Part shown: one piece after another, positions 63,187 through 64,000 of the stretch | How positions within the stretch are numbered: the stretch's first letter is position 1 | How the letters are laid out: each line of letters begins with the position of its first letter | Virus record (IMG/VR): IMGVR_UViG_3300035703_000010 | Span: 62,001 to 126,000 of that record | Reading direction: 5' to 3' (one strand) | DNA length: 64,000 bases | Made by a program: the position numbers and the translations under genes | The notes under the pieces: model-generated | What the model was told of the DNA's origin: nothing | The model's database searches: none | What the model saw: only the letters and a program-made list of their open reading frames with translations

Positions 63187-64000
63187 ATGTCAAAAAGCTT
63201 TACAGATAGATTTAGCGCTAACTCTAACTATCAAGACGTGTATGCCGATTTTTCTTTTCCACAAGAACAAGACAAAGGATTAAGAGATCTTATAAGCATT
63301 CTGTTTCCTACATCTGCAGCTGGATTTTTAGATGCAAAACAAATTTGGGAAAAATTTAAAAATTTAGGATCGACATCGCCTTCATCAGGACAAACTATTG
63401 ATAATAAAAAGCTTGTATCATCTCTTTTAAGGATGTATCATTATCCTGGAAAGTTAGAAACTAATGGCATACCGCAACAAATAAAAGAATTTTATGCTGA
63501 AGATAACGCTGCAAGACCTTCTGCATATAATGCGTATTCTGAAGAACAGAAAAAAAGTAAAAGCGGATTTGCTGTTGTGGATGGAGATGTTTTAGAACAG
63601 CTATTTAAAATACAGCTGGCTGAAGAGAAATTTCAGTTTAATAGCGTTAATGAAGTTTTGCCCTCGGCGCTGTCTATGATTTTAGTCGATACACCATTGA
63701 TTGATTTGAAATTAAGAAACTGTGATATTGTTTCAACATTTCTTAATTACACACCCGGTATATTTGCTTCTCAGTTAGTACCTTATCTTGAAGCAACTTT
63801 CTCTTTTGAAAGAACAAAAACTGGACAAAGAGATTCGGCAGGAAGAGAAGTTGTAAAATCGAACAAAGTTATGTCTCCATTAACGTTTTTGTTGGGGCAA
63901 GAAGATGCATCTGCGGGTGACAAAGGGGGTTTAACAACTGCAACTTCTCTCATTTATGATTCATATGCAGCGACGAAAACGAAGAAATTTTATTCAACTG
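63187..64000 (+). CDS. Hypothetical protein, 3'-truncated (baseplate hub-region position)
   Basis: Not in the ORF track. My translation from ATG 63187 (MSKSFTDRFSANSNYQDVY...) is open to the window end. Role inferred from position only. Confidence 0.7.
   Translation, partial: MSKSFTDRFSANSNYQDVYADFSFPQEQDKGLRDLISILFPTSAAGFLDAKQIWEKFKNLGSTSPSSGQTIDNKKLVSSLLRMYHYPGKLETNGIPQQIKEFYAEDNAARPSAYNAYSEEQKKSKSGFAVVDGDVLEQLFKIQLAEEKFQFNSVNEVLPSALSMILVDTPLIDLKLRNCDIVSTFLNYTPGIFASQLVPYLEATFSFERTKTGQRDSAGREVVKSNKVMSPLTFLLGQEDASAGDKGGLTTATSLIYDSYAATKTKKFYST

Noticed and set aside
1-64000. CRISPR array
   Set aside because: No equal-length direct repeats with unique spacers were seen. The repeats found are coding (22091, 35171-36397) or two-copy tandem motifs.
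1-64000. Stop-codon reassignment, introns or inteins
   Set aside because: Core genes are full length under code 11 and end in TAA, TGA or TAG. No intein or intron-like interruption was seen in terminase, primase or MCP.

Overview
64 kb of a large, AT-rich (roughly one-third GC by eye, not counted) T4-like myovirus, probably a jumbo phage. It uses the standard genetic code and AGGAG-type Shine-Dalgarno sites. Order on the + strand: distal baseplate/fibre-type genes (1-7.1 kb); gp4-like nuclease, SAM methyltransferase, RuvC, primase and a fused Mre11-Rad50 (7.1-12.9 kb); terminase, portal, prohead protease, scaffold and major capsid protein (13.6-24.8 kb); an accessory block (25-33 kb); a minus-strand fibre gene; neck/terminator proteins; three tandem tail sheath genes; an antisense homing endonuclease; tail tube; chaperone pair with a candidate +1 frameshift; tape measure; a 1616-aa baseplate/tube-initiator-like protein; a LysM protein; and a truncated last gene. 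The accessory block holds an HNH gene, a three-gene exported lipoprotein/lipoprotein/Tat module resembling myxobacterial/planctomycete DUF1592-1588-1585 plus DUF1501/1552 operons, a protein kinase-like gene and an M15 endolysin. Non-coding signals: a recurring ATANTTA candidate late promoter, four terminators sharing an AGGCCT stem, and a Pho-box-like tandem repeat. No tRNA, rRNA or CRISPR array was found. All family assignments come from motif recognition by eye, not database searches.
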